From contig OX597829.1 of NCBI GenBank assembly GCA_951406725.2, positions 9,982,001 through 10,046,000 on the forward strand: DNA of 64,000 nt, written 5' to 3'. The notes beneath the pieces are model-generated. The model was given only the letters and a program-made list of their open reading frames with translations. It had not been told where the DNA came from and made no database searches. This document shows, piece after piece, positions 29,430-42,269 of the stretch; positions within the stretch are counted from its first letter, which is position 1; the number at the start of each line of letters is the position of its first letter. A program made the translations under genes and the position numbers. The stretch is from Octopus vulgaris. Lineage: Eukaryota.

Positions 29430-29620
29430 TTCTTTTGTTCTTTTATTTGTATCAGTCATTTGACTGCGCCCATGCTTTAATCGGACAAATTGACTGAAGG
29501 AATTATTCTTTGTAAGCCTAGTACTTATTCTTTCTTACTCTTTTGCCAAACTGCTAACTTACGGAGATGTAAACACACAAACATCGGTTGTCAAGCGATG
29601 GTGGGGGACAAACACAAGCA
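29430..29620 (-). mobile_element. SINE 3' half
   Basis: Reverse-complement match to 29945-30140. Confidence 0.7.
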
Positions 29621-29682
29621 CACAAACATATACATACATACGTACATACATATGCATATATGTATATATATGTATATACATA

Positions 29683-29738
<56 letters not shown>

Positions 29739-29740
<2 letters not shown>

Positions 29741-30151
29741 CGCAAGAGTGGCTGTGGGGTAAGTAGCTTACTTACCAACCACACACTTCCGGGTCCAGTC
29801 CCACTGCGTGGCACCTTGGGCAAGTGTCTTCTGCTATAGCCTCGGGCCGACCAAAGCCTTGTGAGTGGATATGGTAGACGGAAACTGAAAGGAGCCCGTC
29901 GTATATATATATGTATATATATGTGTGTATGTGTGTTTGTGTCTGTGTTTGTCTCCCCAACATCGCTTGACAACCGATGCTGGTGTGTTTACGTCCCCGT
30001 CACTTAGCGGTTCGGTAAAAGAGACCGATAGGATAAGTACTAGGCTTACAAAGAATAAGTCCTGGGGTCGAGTTGCTCGACTAAAAGGCGGTGCTCCAGC
30101 ATGGTCGCAGTCAAATGACTGAAACAAGTAAAAGAGTAAAAGAGTAAAAGA
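29739..30151 (+). mobile_element. Full-length octopus-type tRNA-derived SINE
   Basis: A-box-like TGGCTGTGGGG, B-box-like gggtccagtccc, internal TA/TG tract and (GTAAAAGA)n tail; relatives at 26590, 34507, 45380, 45665 and 62127. Confidence 0.85.
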
Positions 30152-30161
30152 GATATATATA

Positions 30162-30400
30162 CAGGGTGTTCAAAACTTCTCTCCGAAGCGAATCTTTTTC
30201 ATCCTGCGCATCAGCATGGTGCGGCTTCAAGAGTCTTTTGGTGTGCGGATTATTTCGAACGGGCTTTGGCCACCAACAGTATCTTATTTAACACCACGAA
30301 ACTTTTTTTTCTGGGAGCAAGTAAAAGGTCCGTATAAAGAATACAGAATCGCTCGAAAACCATTAAATACTTACTGCGGAGAGACGTTTTGAACACGCTA
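30162..30400. mobile_element. Tc1/mariner-type MITE
   Basis: TIRs cagggtgttcaaaacttctctccg / cggagagacgttttgaacacgcta, with TA on both sides. Confidence 0.75.
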
Positions 30401-30649
30401 TATATATGTGTGTGTATACATACATACATACGTAAGTACATACATACATACATACATACACACATACATACATACATACATACATACATACATACATACA
30501 TGCATGCATACATACATACATACATACATACATACATACATACATACATACATACATACATACATACATGCATGCATGCATGCATACATACATACATACA
30601 TACATACATACATACATACATACATACATACATACATACATACATACAT

Positions 30650-31222
30650 AAGCTCAAAATGAATTTCAAAGACTGTCTTGATACTGCTATGACAAAGACG
30701 GGAATTTCAGTTGTGGATTGGGGAAGAGGAACACAAGACCGAAAAGCATGGAGGACAAAAGTGTAGTGGTTGCGTTCAAAGATTGAAAGAGAGAGAATGA
30801 AGCAGGCCAAGATCAACAGCAGGCTTAGAATGAATGAGCCAATAGAAAATGAAGAAGTGTTGGTTTTGACATGTGTTATTTGTTGGTGGAAATACTTGAT
30901 TCATGCACGCCTGGTCAGCCATCAGAAAAGACACAAGAGTCGACCCTTTGTAAATTATGACATAGCCATTGCTCACAACAGAACATGTGCAGCCTGTGGA
31001 AATTTATACCGTGCAGTTGGAGGATTAAAAAGACACGTCAAAACCTTCATACTGTGGTACCAATTCCTTCTGCCAGCCAGTACAACTGTGGATTATGCAA
31101 TAAAATGCGCAAATCTTTGGCTGGGCCCAAGTGTCATATAAGGGACTCACATTACATCAACAGTGACTCAGTTCAATGATTCTTTCTAGAAATGGCTTTG
31201 CTTGTATACGACAAAGCAGCCT
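30650..31222 (+). mobile_element. RTE-clade LINE 3' end with three C2H2-like fingers
   Basis: FKDCL..QDRKAWR, then CVIC..LVSHQKRH, CAAC..GLKRHVK and CGLC..CHIR. Confidence 0.65.
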
Positions 31223-31270
31223 ATCTCTCTTTCTCTCTCTTTATACACACACATAAACACACACACACAC

Positions 31271-31343
<73 letters not shown>

Positions 31344-31756
31344 TTACATATATATATATATATATATTTACATATATATATATATATATATTTACCTATA
31401 TATATATGATATTTTTTTCGATTCGATTTAATATTATTAGCATTGTTGTTATACATACATACATACAAGCATATGTAATGATAATAATAAGTGGATGTAA
31501 ACACATGAACAAAATAAGAATAAACAATAAACAACAAAAACAAAATACAAATTACATAAATATATAAAATTACAAATTACATGAACATATATAAACAGAA
31601 GATACAAATATTACAGGCATCCCCCCATATACACACACTAAATAAACATAGACGCACATAGAGATATAAGCATGCCCAAATAAAGACATGCAATAGAAAT
31701 ACAAAATGGCTCACGGTTAGTAAGGAGAGACACAAATAAGTGAGAAGAAAACAAAG

Positions 31757-31800
31757 GACCACTGATGCGGTCACAGGAGTGTGACGAAAGAACTCTGGCC
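31757..31800 (+). ncRNA. Hammerhead-like motif with variant core
   Basis: gacca ctgatgc g gtcac-aggagt-gtgac gaaa gaac tc|tggcc; the A9 position is non-canonical. Confidence 0.55.
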
Positions 31801-32071
31801 GAAATAAGATTAAGATTAATGTAAAAAATAAATAACACTGAAGCAAAATAACACCAAATATATAGTGCGTGTGTTTTTATTGGCTAAAGTGGCAAAATGA
31901 CCATTCCGAAATATAACAATATCTGTTTCAACACACGACTTCACATAAAAAATCTTGCACAAAAAATATTTAAACGTGTATATATATATTACAGATATAG
32001 GTTAAAATATATATATGTATATATTACAGATACAGGGTAAAATATATATATATATATTACAGATATAGGAT

Positions 32072-32118
<47 letters not shown>

Positions 32119-32142
32119 ACTTGGGTCCATCACTATGATCCA

Positions 32143-33063
32143 GAGGGGCGTTCAATAAGTAATGCCTCTGATCCACTTGCAGTTGTTTGATCTAGTTTGA
32201 TATTCGCCAAATATCCCATAAGGTCAAGATTAGTACCGGGTCTGTGGAAACTATCATTTATGAACATTTGCATATGCAAAAGGTGTTTGCCAGATGGATT
32301 CCCAGGTTGCTCACACCTTTCCAGAAGCAAGAACGCGTCGAGTGCTCGAGGGTGAATTTGGAGATGTGCCAAGAAGATGAGTAAAAATTTCTCAAAAGAC
32401 TGATTACACAGAATGAGACTTGGGTCCATGACTATGATCCAGAGGCCAAAGCCCAGTCAATGCAGTGGAAGCACCCTGACTCACCTCCTTCAAAGAAGGC
32501 AAGGGTGCAGCCATCCGCTGGCAAGGTCATGCTCACAGTCTTCTGGGACCAGGACGGAGTAGTGATGACAGATTTCCTGGCAAAGGGTACCACAATTACA
32601 GGAGCCTATTATGCTTCATTTTTGAGGAAATTAAGAGAAGCTATCAAAATCAAGAGGCGGGACAAGATCAGCAAAGGCATCCTCCTCCTGCAGGACAACG
32701 CTCCGGTCCACAACTCGCTTGTCGCCAGATCAGAAGCACAGGCGTGCGGCTATGAACTCCTCCCCCACCCCCTACTCTCCTCACCTTGCACCCTCTGATT
32801 TTCACCTCTTCCCAGTCATGAAGTTGTTTTTGAAAGGAAAGCGTTTCCCAGATGATGCAGCCTTGATTTCTGAAGTCACGTCGTGGTTGGAGGACCAAGC
32901 TGGGGTCTTCTACAAAACCGTCTCCAGAGCTGCATCAAACGATGGGAGAAATGCGTAACTCTGGCTGGTTCCTATGTAGAAAAATACTAATAACTGTGCC
33001 AAGTTTCGTTGCTCTACTGCTATGGGAAGTGGGTCAGGGGCATTACTTATTGAACGCCCCTCG
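32143..33063 (+). mobile_element. Internally deleted mariner (DD34D-type) transposon
   Basis: TIRs gaggggcgttcaataagtaatgcc / ggcattacttattgaacgcccctcg+TA; motifs WIPRLL, NETWVHDYDPE, LQDNAPVH and PYSPHLAPSDFHLF. Confidence 0.9.
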
Positions 33064-33129
<66 letters not shown>

Positions 33130-33239
33130 TAATCGAAACGGGAAAACAGAAAAAACAACAACACGTGGAACAATTAAAGTATTACTATTAGGCGCTCAGG
33201 AAAAATGGAAGAAGGAATATATATATATATATATATAAT

Positions 33240-33746
33240 AATAAATCTCTGAGCGAGGTATAAACAGTAACTGCTCTATAATATAAGCGGGATCAGCCAT
33301 CTGAATGTGGCTAGGGACAGGGCGGGGTGGTGGGGGTGTTACTGATGCATTTAGCCCCAGGCGATTATCGACGTCACCAGAAGAGCCGACACCATCACGG
33401 TGTCCTTGCTAGCCTGCAAAGGGAGATCAGCCTCACCGAAGATACGGATTTTCTACGCCAGTGACTGTGGTTACTGTGAAAATCTATATATATCTGGCCT
33501 GTACAAGAAGTTCCTCAGCGAAGAACGGTGCTTGCCATGCGCTGACAAGAGGCAAATACCTCGAAACCGGTCCGTGTGTAGCATCCGTATCTTCGGTGAG
33601 GCTGATCTCCCTTTGCAGGCTAGCAAGGACACCGTGATGGTGTCGGCTCTTCTGGTGACGTCGATAGTCGCCTGGGGCTAAATGCATCAGTAACACCCCC
33701 ACCACCCCGCCCTGTCCCTAGCCACATTCAGATGGCTGATCCCGCT

Positions 33747-33755
<9 letters not shown>
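33240..33755 (+). mobile_element. Fold-back element with a hammerhead in the spacer, within (TA)n
   Basis: 173-bp arms 33277-33449/33583-33755 with one mismatch seen. Confidence 0.85.
33536..33578 (+). ncRNA. Minimal type I hammerhead, G8A variant
   Basis: catgcg ctgacaa gagg-caaata-cctc gaaa ccgg tc|cgtgtg. Confidence 0.65.
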
Positions 33756-33804
<49 letters not shown>

Positions 33805-34035
33805 TACAGATATTGGGTAAAACATGTAATGAATGTTTCACTCCTGTATAACATGGTGCAGTTTTTTTCTGCGGTACTATCTTGTGACGCACATGGTAAT
33901 CTTGGAGGAAAAATTTGAATTCACTCGTCTATATAATTTGGATGTGCTGACTATCTTCTGTTGTTCCCCGATGTCGCTTCATCGGGATGCAAAGGGTAGG
34001 TTCTTAGCATTTTCAAATTTAGAAATTATCGAATT

Positions 34036-34092
34036 ATTGTGCTGATGACAGGAATGATTTTGTATAATTCTAACCCCGAACGCGTCCACAAT
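34036..34092 (+). ncRNA. Decayed type I hammerhead
   Basis: attgtg ctgatga ... gaa cgcg tc|cacaat; perfect 6-bp stem I, one core A missing. Confidence 0.6.
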
Positions 34093-34257
34093 TAATCGAA
34101 GACTGTTTGATTTCGTTATTTTTCTTCTTTTGCCTATGTGAGTTACAAGTATTGTTATCTGTGGAGTAATACCTGTAGTTAAAAGGAATAAGCTGTCTTT
34201 TGGCTGCTATTTCTAAATTTTCGGTATGTGGTGAAGCAACTTGTTGCTTAACCCTTA

Positions 34258-34319
<62 letters not shown>

Positions 34320-34407
34320 GGAGTAAGCACATAAATGCGAAACAAGGTGGAAAGGATATTACTCGCATCCCAGAGGTAGAGTTATATGCTTTAATAATAT
34401 ATATATA

Positions 34408-34481
<74 letters not shown>

Positions 34482-35252
34482 CATATACATATATACATAC
34501 ATACACACACTCACACACACATACATACGACGGTCTTCTTTCTGTTTCCGTCTACCAGATCTATTGACAAGGCTCCAGTCAACCTGAACGTATAATAGAA
34601 GACATTTGCCCAACGTGCGATGTGAAAACTTACTACCACACAACCACGCCCGCACCTATTTGCATATTAGAAAATTGCATGGTGGTTGTAGGTGGCGGTG
34701 CATGTACGTATAAACGTATTTTTATTGTTTTCTATGACACTAACAACAATACAAAACATATACATATACACAAGCATATGAACGCGTGCAATGCTAAATA
34801 ATTAACAAAATATGATGAATTTTAATGAACATTCCGGTTTTCTTACATAATGTCACTTATTATGGAAGAAGGTGTAGTGCCGTTAACATTCACAGACCTG
34901 GGAATAGCCAAACTGATGGTTTTAACGTTTTACTTGAAGAGTTGAAAAATGGCGGCTACAACAGAAACAAACACGCACGCGCACTGACAGGCTCAGGCAC
35001 ACATTTTATAATATGAATACAGGTCTACATATACGAACTTACACACATATTCTCAGACACACATTTAACAATATAAATAGATATACATACGTATAGTGAC
35101 ATTCACAGAGATATATACACACACACATATACACACAAGACACATCTTACAACATAATCTCTAGATACAAGTAGAGTAAAGAGCGTAGATGTACACACTC
35201 AGAAATTAAGACGCACGCATACGAACAGATAAAGAGACACAGATACAGAAAT

Positions 35253-35289
<37 letters not shown>

Positions 35290-38200
35290 CTCTCTACTCA
35301 TATGCAAGGCTGCCTTTCCAGAGGTAACGATATAGTTGTTGGAGGGGGCGGCATCAGCGTGAATACAATATGGGGAATGAGAGAATGAGAACGAGTGAGT
35401 CGACGATGGGCTAGTGGAAAGGAGGTGGTACGTGATCAGTCAGTTTAGAGGAGCAGGGGCCATTATAACAACAGTACGTAGGTAGACAGAGGACGTCACA
35501 TCTGTGGAGGTGATGTTGATGTGGGAGGGCAGCAATGAGCGATTTCTTGAAAATGATCTTTAGATGCCTAAAAGGCCACATGTCCCCCTCCCTTGTTTGT
35601 ATCACTGAATTATTTCCACGAAGAGGTGTGACTAATAGCTTCAAAGAAAAGCAACACTATATTAAATAACAAGAGGTTTATTATTGTTTCGCAGTACAGA
35701 GCTTAGGAAGAGAAAGGCATCGGTCATGTTGAGGTGTTTTGTATAATACTCTATGCGAATGAAGTTTTTTCACTTGTTCTTGTAAGTAGGTTTGTGTGAA
35801 AACAAATATTTGTGTGCATGTGAGTGCATATACATTATATGCACACACTGCTTTTGCGTGTATAAGTGAATGTCTGCGAACGTGTGTGTATGTGTGTGTT
35901 CATGTGTATGAGAAAGTCTGTGTGTACGTATGTGTATGTGAGTTTGTACATATATACATTCGCATGTAAAATGCGTATAAGGAGTAGCAGCGGAATACAA
36001 CTGCATTAGAGTTTTATTCTGTAAGATCAAGAGGTATTGTGTATCAATATGTGGACGAAATATGTGTATATTTCGCTACGTGGCGAAATAATTATCATTG
36101 GTCTCACCGATTGGATAGCTAGCTGGTTGGTTGGTTGGTTGGCTGGCTGGCTGGCTGGATTCATTCTGAGATGGATGAAGAAATATGCTTGCGAATAAAT
36201 GCATTAACTTGTGGATAGATAGATTGATAGATGAATGGATAAGTGGATAGACGGATGGATGTATAGAAGAGTATATGGATGGTTAAACTGATATACGTGT
36301 GCTGCATGAATAGAAGAACCTATGATTGGATAGATGGATAGATAGATTACGTGTCTCTGTTCTCTCATAGCGTAAGAATTGCATTGAAGTCCAACTTGAT
36401 ATATTCACCGTATTCAGCAAAAGTGAAATATCTTAGCAGAAAGTCAAGGCTTTGCTGCTACCACTACTACTATTATAATCTGCACTGATACCATTAAAAG
36501 TACTGAGACATGGTTTGGTGTAGATACAGCCAGAAATATCGGCGCAAAAGAGCAAATCTAAAGAACTTAATGTAGGTTTTACTAATCTAATTCCCGCCAG
36601 TCGATTAAAATTATCAATCTAATCTTAGATCTGCGAGATTATTTAATAATTTTCATTCTTAACTATGGGAAAATATCTTTTTGTATGCCTTTCTTGATTG
36701 GGAAAGGAAAAGTTTTATGTCCGAATAGAAGAAAGAATATCAAGAAACGATTGTAGCTAGAAATTCGTCATCAACTATTATCGGGAAATAGAAAAGTGAG
36801 GTATTTTATAGTCTTTTATATCACTTTGTTGCTGTACTATATTGATTCAGCCGAATCGTTCATTCACAATACTCAAATGCTGCTTCTTCTCACAGGAAGG
36901 CCATCAGAGTATTGATAGTAAAATACAACCTCACATTAATGCATGAATAGTTTCTTCTTCTAACAGATAAGATAAGTAATATACAGACTAAAGCTTTAGA
37001 ATATGAATTATATTATTGTCACGAATATTTCTCAGATGTTTAACTACGGCACCAGCTATGAAACTATTGTTTGAGGTCTGCGATTCTATATTATTTATTA
37101 TTATGTTTTATTTTTATTTTAGATTTTGTTTTTGTTTACTTCTCTTTCTTTCTGTTTTCCTTTTTTTTTTCCTTTTTTCTTTTTCTGTCTCAGATGTTTT
37201 TAGCTATGAAACAAGCCTGTGACATTAACTGACCAGTCGTTTGAGCTGCAGTATTTACGACAGTATTTTATTTATTATATTCCTCATTGATATGATTTTA
37301 AAGAAAATTATGATATTTTTAAATCTTTTCCAAGGACTTTCAGCCTGTTATCTCTCCATATTCTCATTACATACTTGTGATAAGAAAGCCAGAGTGAAAA
37401 CGGCAAAAACATTAGTTTATTCGCTAAATAAGGTTTTGTACTAGTAGAACAAATAAAACTAACAGTCAAATTTCAGTGTGTATTGTAAGTATACGTTAGT
37501 ACTCCGACCTATTAAATAGTGTCACAACTATAGAATAAAAAAAAGAGCCTCTTTCCATTTTTTTTCTTTTTCTCCCCCAACAAAAGCATTTTCATGAATA
37601 AGTTCATCTCTTATCTATATGTGAAGCACATTGTTATTAATTTTTCATTTTGTTTTGCACATAATTCGAGAGACTCTACCCGACCTCTTACAAAATCTAT
37701 CTTTATTTATTTGTACGTATATTCAACTCTACCTTATTATATAGACTTCTTTTCTACTTATTTTCATCGAACACAAATAAAGTTTTTTTCTTAAAGTAAA
37801 ACTTTTTCGTACGATCACTTATCTCTCCACTATCTCCCCCTATTCTCACTTTCTCCTACTCTCTTCACACACACATACACACATATGTAAGTACGCGCGT
37901 GTCTGCGTGTGTGTTGAATTCCTGGTTCAGCAGTTATATTTCTTATCACTCAGTAGCTATCTTTGCTTTCATTCTCTACAATAACGGTTTCCACCGCGTC
38001 TTTTGTCTATGTATATGTTTATGCGTAATATGTATACAGACCTATGATGACGTGTGTATTTATGCATTTGTTTCTGTGTAAATGTGTGTGTGTGTGTGTG
38101 TGTGTGTTTATGCAGAGAGAAAGGGAGAGACAGAGAGGTAGAGAGACAGTGACAGAAACAAGCAGAGAGAGAGAGAGACGCGTAGACAACAGCGTTGTCA

Positions 38201-38379
38201 AGTTAACGGAGTTCTAGTTTCAATCCCTCTCCGCGTGATATCATGATGTTTTCTAATGAAGGTTTGGGTTGACCAGCACCTTCGAGTTGAATTCAATAAA
38301 TAGGAATTATGTCAGTGTCTTTGCATGTACGTTTTTGCATGTCTTTACATGTATGTGTGTTTGTATGTGTGTTTGTATT

Positions 38380-38653
<274 letters not shown>

Positions 38654-38991
38654 ATGGATACGGGCAATAAGTGAGTCTACATAAGCTCAGTATAGAAAGC
38701 AAACAGTAATGATCAAAAGATTTGAACTTAAACTCCTCATTCTTTATCTGGGAGAATGCTCACGGCTTCAAGAATGGTTGTAAGAGAAATTCAAGGCCAA
38801 GTGATATGAAGGTAGTGATGTGGATAAGAAAAATTATGCTTGACATGTATATATATATATGTATATATATCATTGAATAGGTTGGACATTTATTTATAAT
38901 CACTACAGAAAACTCAACGCAAATCTGGCAGTACTACTGGATAGCACCAGGTGAAATCTGAAGGTGGGCGAACTTTGTACTGTACTCTAAG

Positions 38992-39057
<66 letters not shown>

Positions 39058-39058
39058 A

Positions 39059-40314
39059 CAGAGTGCGTAACATTTGAGAACAGATTTATGTTTATATAAA
39101 AAGAAACAGATATATAATAACGGATAATAAAATGTTTTCTCAAAAAATGCTATGAGGATAAAAATAAACCTTATCTATAATGTTATTCAATAAAGTCACC
39201 TTCAGCTTCAACGATTGCTTCTATGCGAGATCTAAATCACCTACGTGCTCCGAATCAAGTGGTCCTGGTTCATTTTGGACATTACTCTGACTATGGCAGC
39301 CTTCAAAGAATCTTTGATATTATGAGCATGTTCATTGACCTCTCTCTCAAGAACGCTCCACATGTAATAGTGTAATGGATTGAGATCTAGGGAATTAGGA
39401 GGCCAAATGTTAGGGGTTATGTGATTATGAAAATTTTCAGCCTTCCACTCCTGTGTTACTAGAGCCATGTGTGATAGCGTAGAGTCTTACTAAAACACAT
39501 ATGGCCTTCCATTGCTTACACTGACTATCCAGGGCTTAACAATTATTTCTAGGGCCTTAGTGTAGGCGGCAGAGTTAACTCAAGGACATTGTGGTAAGAA
39601 GTAAGGGAAGGGGCTTCACATGTCCTTCATTGCTGACAACCCCTAAAACCATGACAGTTGTAGGAAACTTTGCATGCATGACACTTGGAACTTCAGAAGG
39701 GTCTGCACATAAGCATCTGTTATTTCTTCTGTCAACCTTTTGATCTTGGTCGAAGTTTTTCTCATTTGAGAAAAACCAAATCAAATCTGCTGGATTTTTC
39801 AGTCTTTTTAAGAACCTTTTAGATCTGATATTGTGATTTTCTTTTGCTTTTTCTGGCAAACTGACCTTTCTTCATCATATAAGACTTATATCTGATGTCT
39901 TCGTGGACAACGTTTCTGACTGCTTCTTCTGACACATGGAGATATTTTGCAATAGACCTCATGGACTTTGTAATCAATGGTCTGTTGAATTTGCTGGATA
40001 AATTCAGGTGTTCTGATGATTTCAGAGTGTTTAGACTGCTTTTTACGCTTTGATACTGGGGAAACATTTCCATCTTCAGTGTCTAGCTCTTTACAAACTT
40101 TGAAGACGAAAGCACAGGCAACTTTAAATAATCGAGATATTTCTAAATCGCTATGCTCAAACTTTATAACCACAATAACAGCATGCCTCTTCATTTCTTG
40201 AGTTAGCTGAGGGTCTGCCTTTATTGTTTTCTGAAACAAAGATTATACAGAGTCAGCAAAAAACTGCAGCAATGACCCGAAAACGTTATGACCTCAAATA
40301 ACTTACGCATCCTG
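39059..40314 (-). mobile_element. Decayed Tc1/mariner-superfamily transposon (maT-like)
   Basis: MKRHAVIV..HSDLEISR, WFFSNEKNF, VMVLGVVSNEG and WPPNSLDLNPLHY; imperfect TIRs cagagtgcgtaac / cttacgcatcctg. Confidence 0.85.
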
Positions 40315-40332
40315 AATATATACATATATATC

Positions 40333-40711
40333 GTGAAGTATATTTGCCACCTAAATGTGGCTGACCCATAGGAGACGACGTTACTGTTGTTTATAGCCCC
40401 AGGAAAACATCTCCTACAGCTGGCTATCGACACACCGTCTGTGCCCGATCAGTGATTGCCACACGCTGATGATGGGTTACTACCCAGAAACTCGGGTCTG
40501 TGTGTATCAGGTAAGGCTAGAGATGGCAACGATGATTTCCCTTCGCAAATACTGATCGGGCAACAAAGAGTGCGTCGTTAGCCAGCTGGAGATATATTTC
40601 TGAGGCTATAAACTACAGTAGCATCGTTCCCTATGGGTCACCTACATTTTGGTGGCTAATATACTTCACAATGTCGTGCTGCTACTGTTTATATTTCGCT
40701 CAGAGATTTAT
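40333..40711 (+). mobile_element. Imperfect rod-like fold-back element with a hammerhead in the loop
   Basis: Arms 40333-40459/40545-40669; tail 40670-40711 is shared with 33240-33276 and 8471-8510. Confidence 0.8.
40460..40504 (+). ncRNA. Minimal type I hammerhead ribozyme, canonical core
   Basis: cacacg ctgatga tgggt-tact-accca gaaa c-tcgg-g tc|tgtgtg. Confidence 0.85.
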
Positions 40712-41048
40712 TATTGTATATATATTTTTTTCTCTCCTTGTTTTTTTCTGGTCGGACGCTAGTCAAATGGGCTCCACGTAAGTTGGCCACGTTTACACTC
40801 CTTATTGTGAAATATTTTGTTTTTAAACGTTGTGCAAGATTATTCACTAAAAGACCTGGGAATGTTTCACGTAGAATTCCGCCCCTGTATGGACGAAATT
40901 ACCAAAAGTTTCCAAACTTTCGTGGTTTCTTTTTAGCCATTTTTCATTTTGAAAATGGGATTCAAAGGAATACGTTAGTTGGTGGCATAAATTTGGCACA
41001 GTCCAACTACGTTTCCACAATGAAAATCTAGCGAAACGATTTTCCACA

Positions 41049-41636
41049 TTGGATCTGCATACAGATGACTTGGTGATGGTACTAACTTATTTAGGCCAGA
41101 GGGTGACGGAAGTCACAATAAAAGATGTACCACCTGAAGTCGAAATACAATGGCTAGTCTCTGCCATCTGCTTTGAAATGGCAGAGACAAACATTCTTGA
41201 AATCGCTGTTTTACAACAGAGAAACTGGGTGGGAAAATCAATTCAATTACTCCTTCAGTTGGATGAAACAACAAGAGAAAAGATACCAACCACTATAGAA
41301 CTGCCAGAAGGCTACAAACTCTATGTAGTGGTAGAGGGCAGGCGACCACGTTGCTATCTGTGCGGAAGTGAAGCACATTCAAAAAAGAAGTGTCCAACCA
41401 CTGCACAACAAGAGCAACAACAACAACCACTACTACAACAAAAACACTCCGAGAAAAAAGCACTACTACCCACACCACCGTCAACACCGAAGACGACAAG
41501 AGAAGCACATCAAGCAAATCCATCAATAATCAAAAATAATACAACACCTGAGAAAATACCTGAGAAAATACCAACATCACCAACAACAGCAAGAACTAAA
41601 GGAACAGAAAAACAAAAGAAAATATACAAAAACTGA
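41049..41636 (+). pseudogene. LINE ORF1 (gag-like CCHC knuckle)
   Basis: CYLCGSEAHSKKKC = CX2CX4HX4C. Confidence 0.8.
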
Positions 41637-42269
41637 TTCCCCATCCCCTATACCGCACTCACCACACACAAACACTCAACAATCAACAGCAACGAAAACA
41701 ACAACACAACCACTTACACAGACATACATAGAAGCCTACAACATACCCCTACCCCCTTCTGATTCCTCAGAAAATTCGTCAGAAGATGAAACCAGCGAGG
41801 AATGGCAAATAGCTAGAAAAAGAAGGAAAAAAAAGAGCAGTAAAACAACCAAACCAAATACAAGCACAAACAAAGCAGGGGGATATACACCCCCCGAAGA
41901 CATTTCGAAGCCCACCACAAACAACAGCCACACCAAAAACACAAAAATATGTGCAGCAAACATGCTCACACCAAAAACACAAATTTGATGGAATACATCA
42001 AATAAAAAACAAAGATAACTGATGACATAAAAGCAAACTATCACCCATACACAACACCTCCGGATCACATCAAAATACTACATATATCCAGAAGTCTGCA
42101 CCATACACTAAAAGGCATTTTCCCCAGTGCGGTTGGTAAATGCCAAAAATATCTCACAAAGAAACTGTACTGGGATCTCCTCGAGGACAAACCAAAGGAG
42201 GAGAAAGCAAAAACTTTCGAACAGTAAGTAACCCTCTGTTCCTTTCCCTTGTATTCTAATTCATTAGGA

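Noticed and set aside
36880-37230. Candidate small host exons after pyrimidine tracts and AG
   Set aside because: No strong donor sites or recognisable peptide; it looks like a local degenerate duplication and needs RNA-seq.
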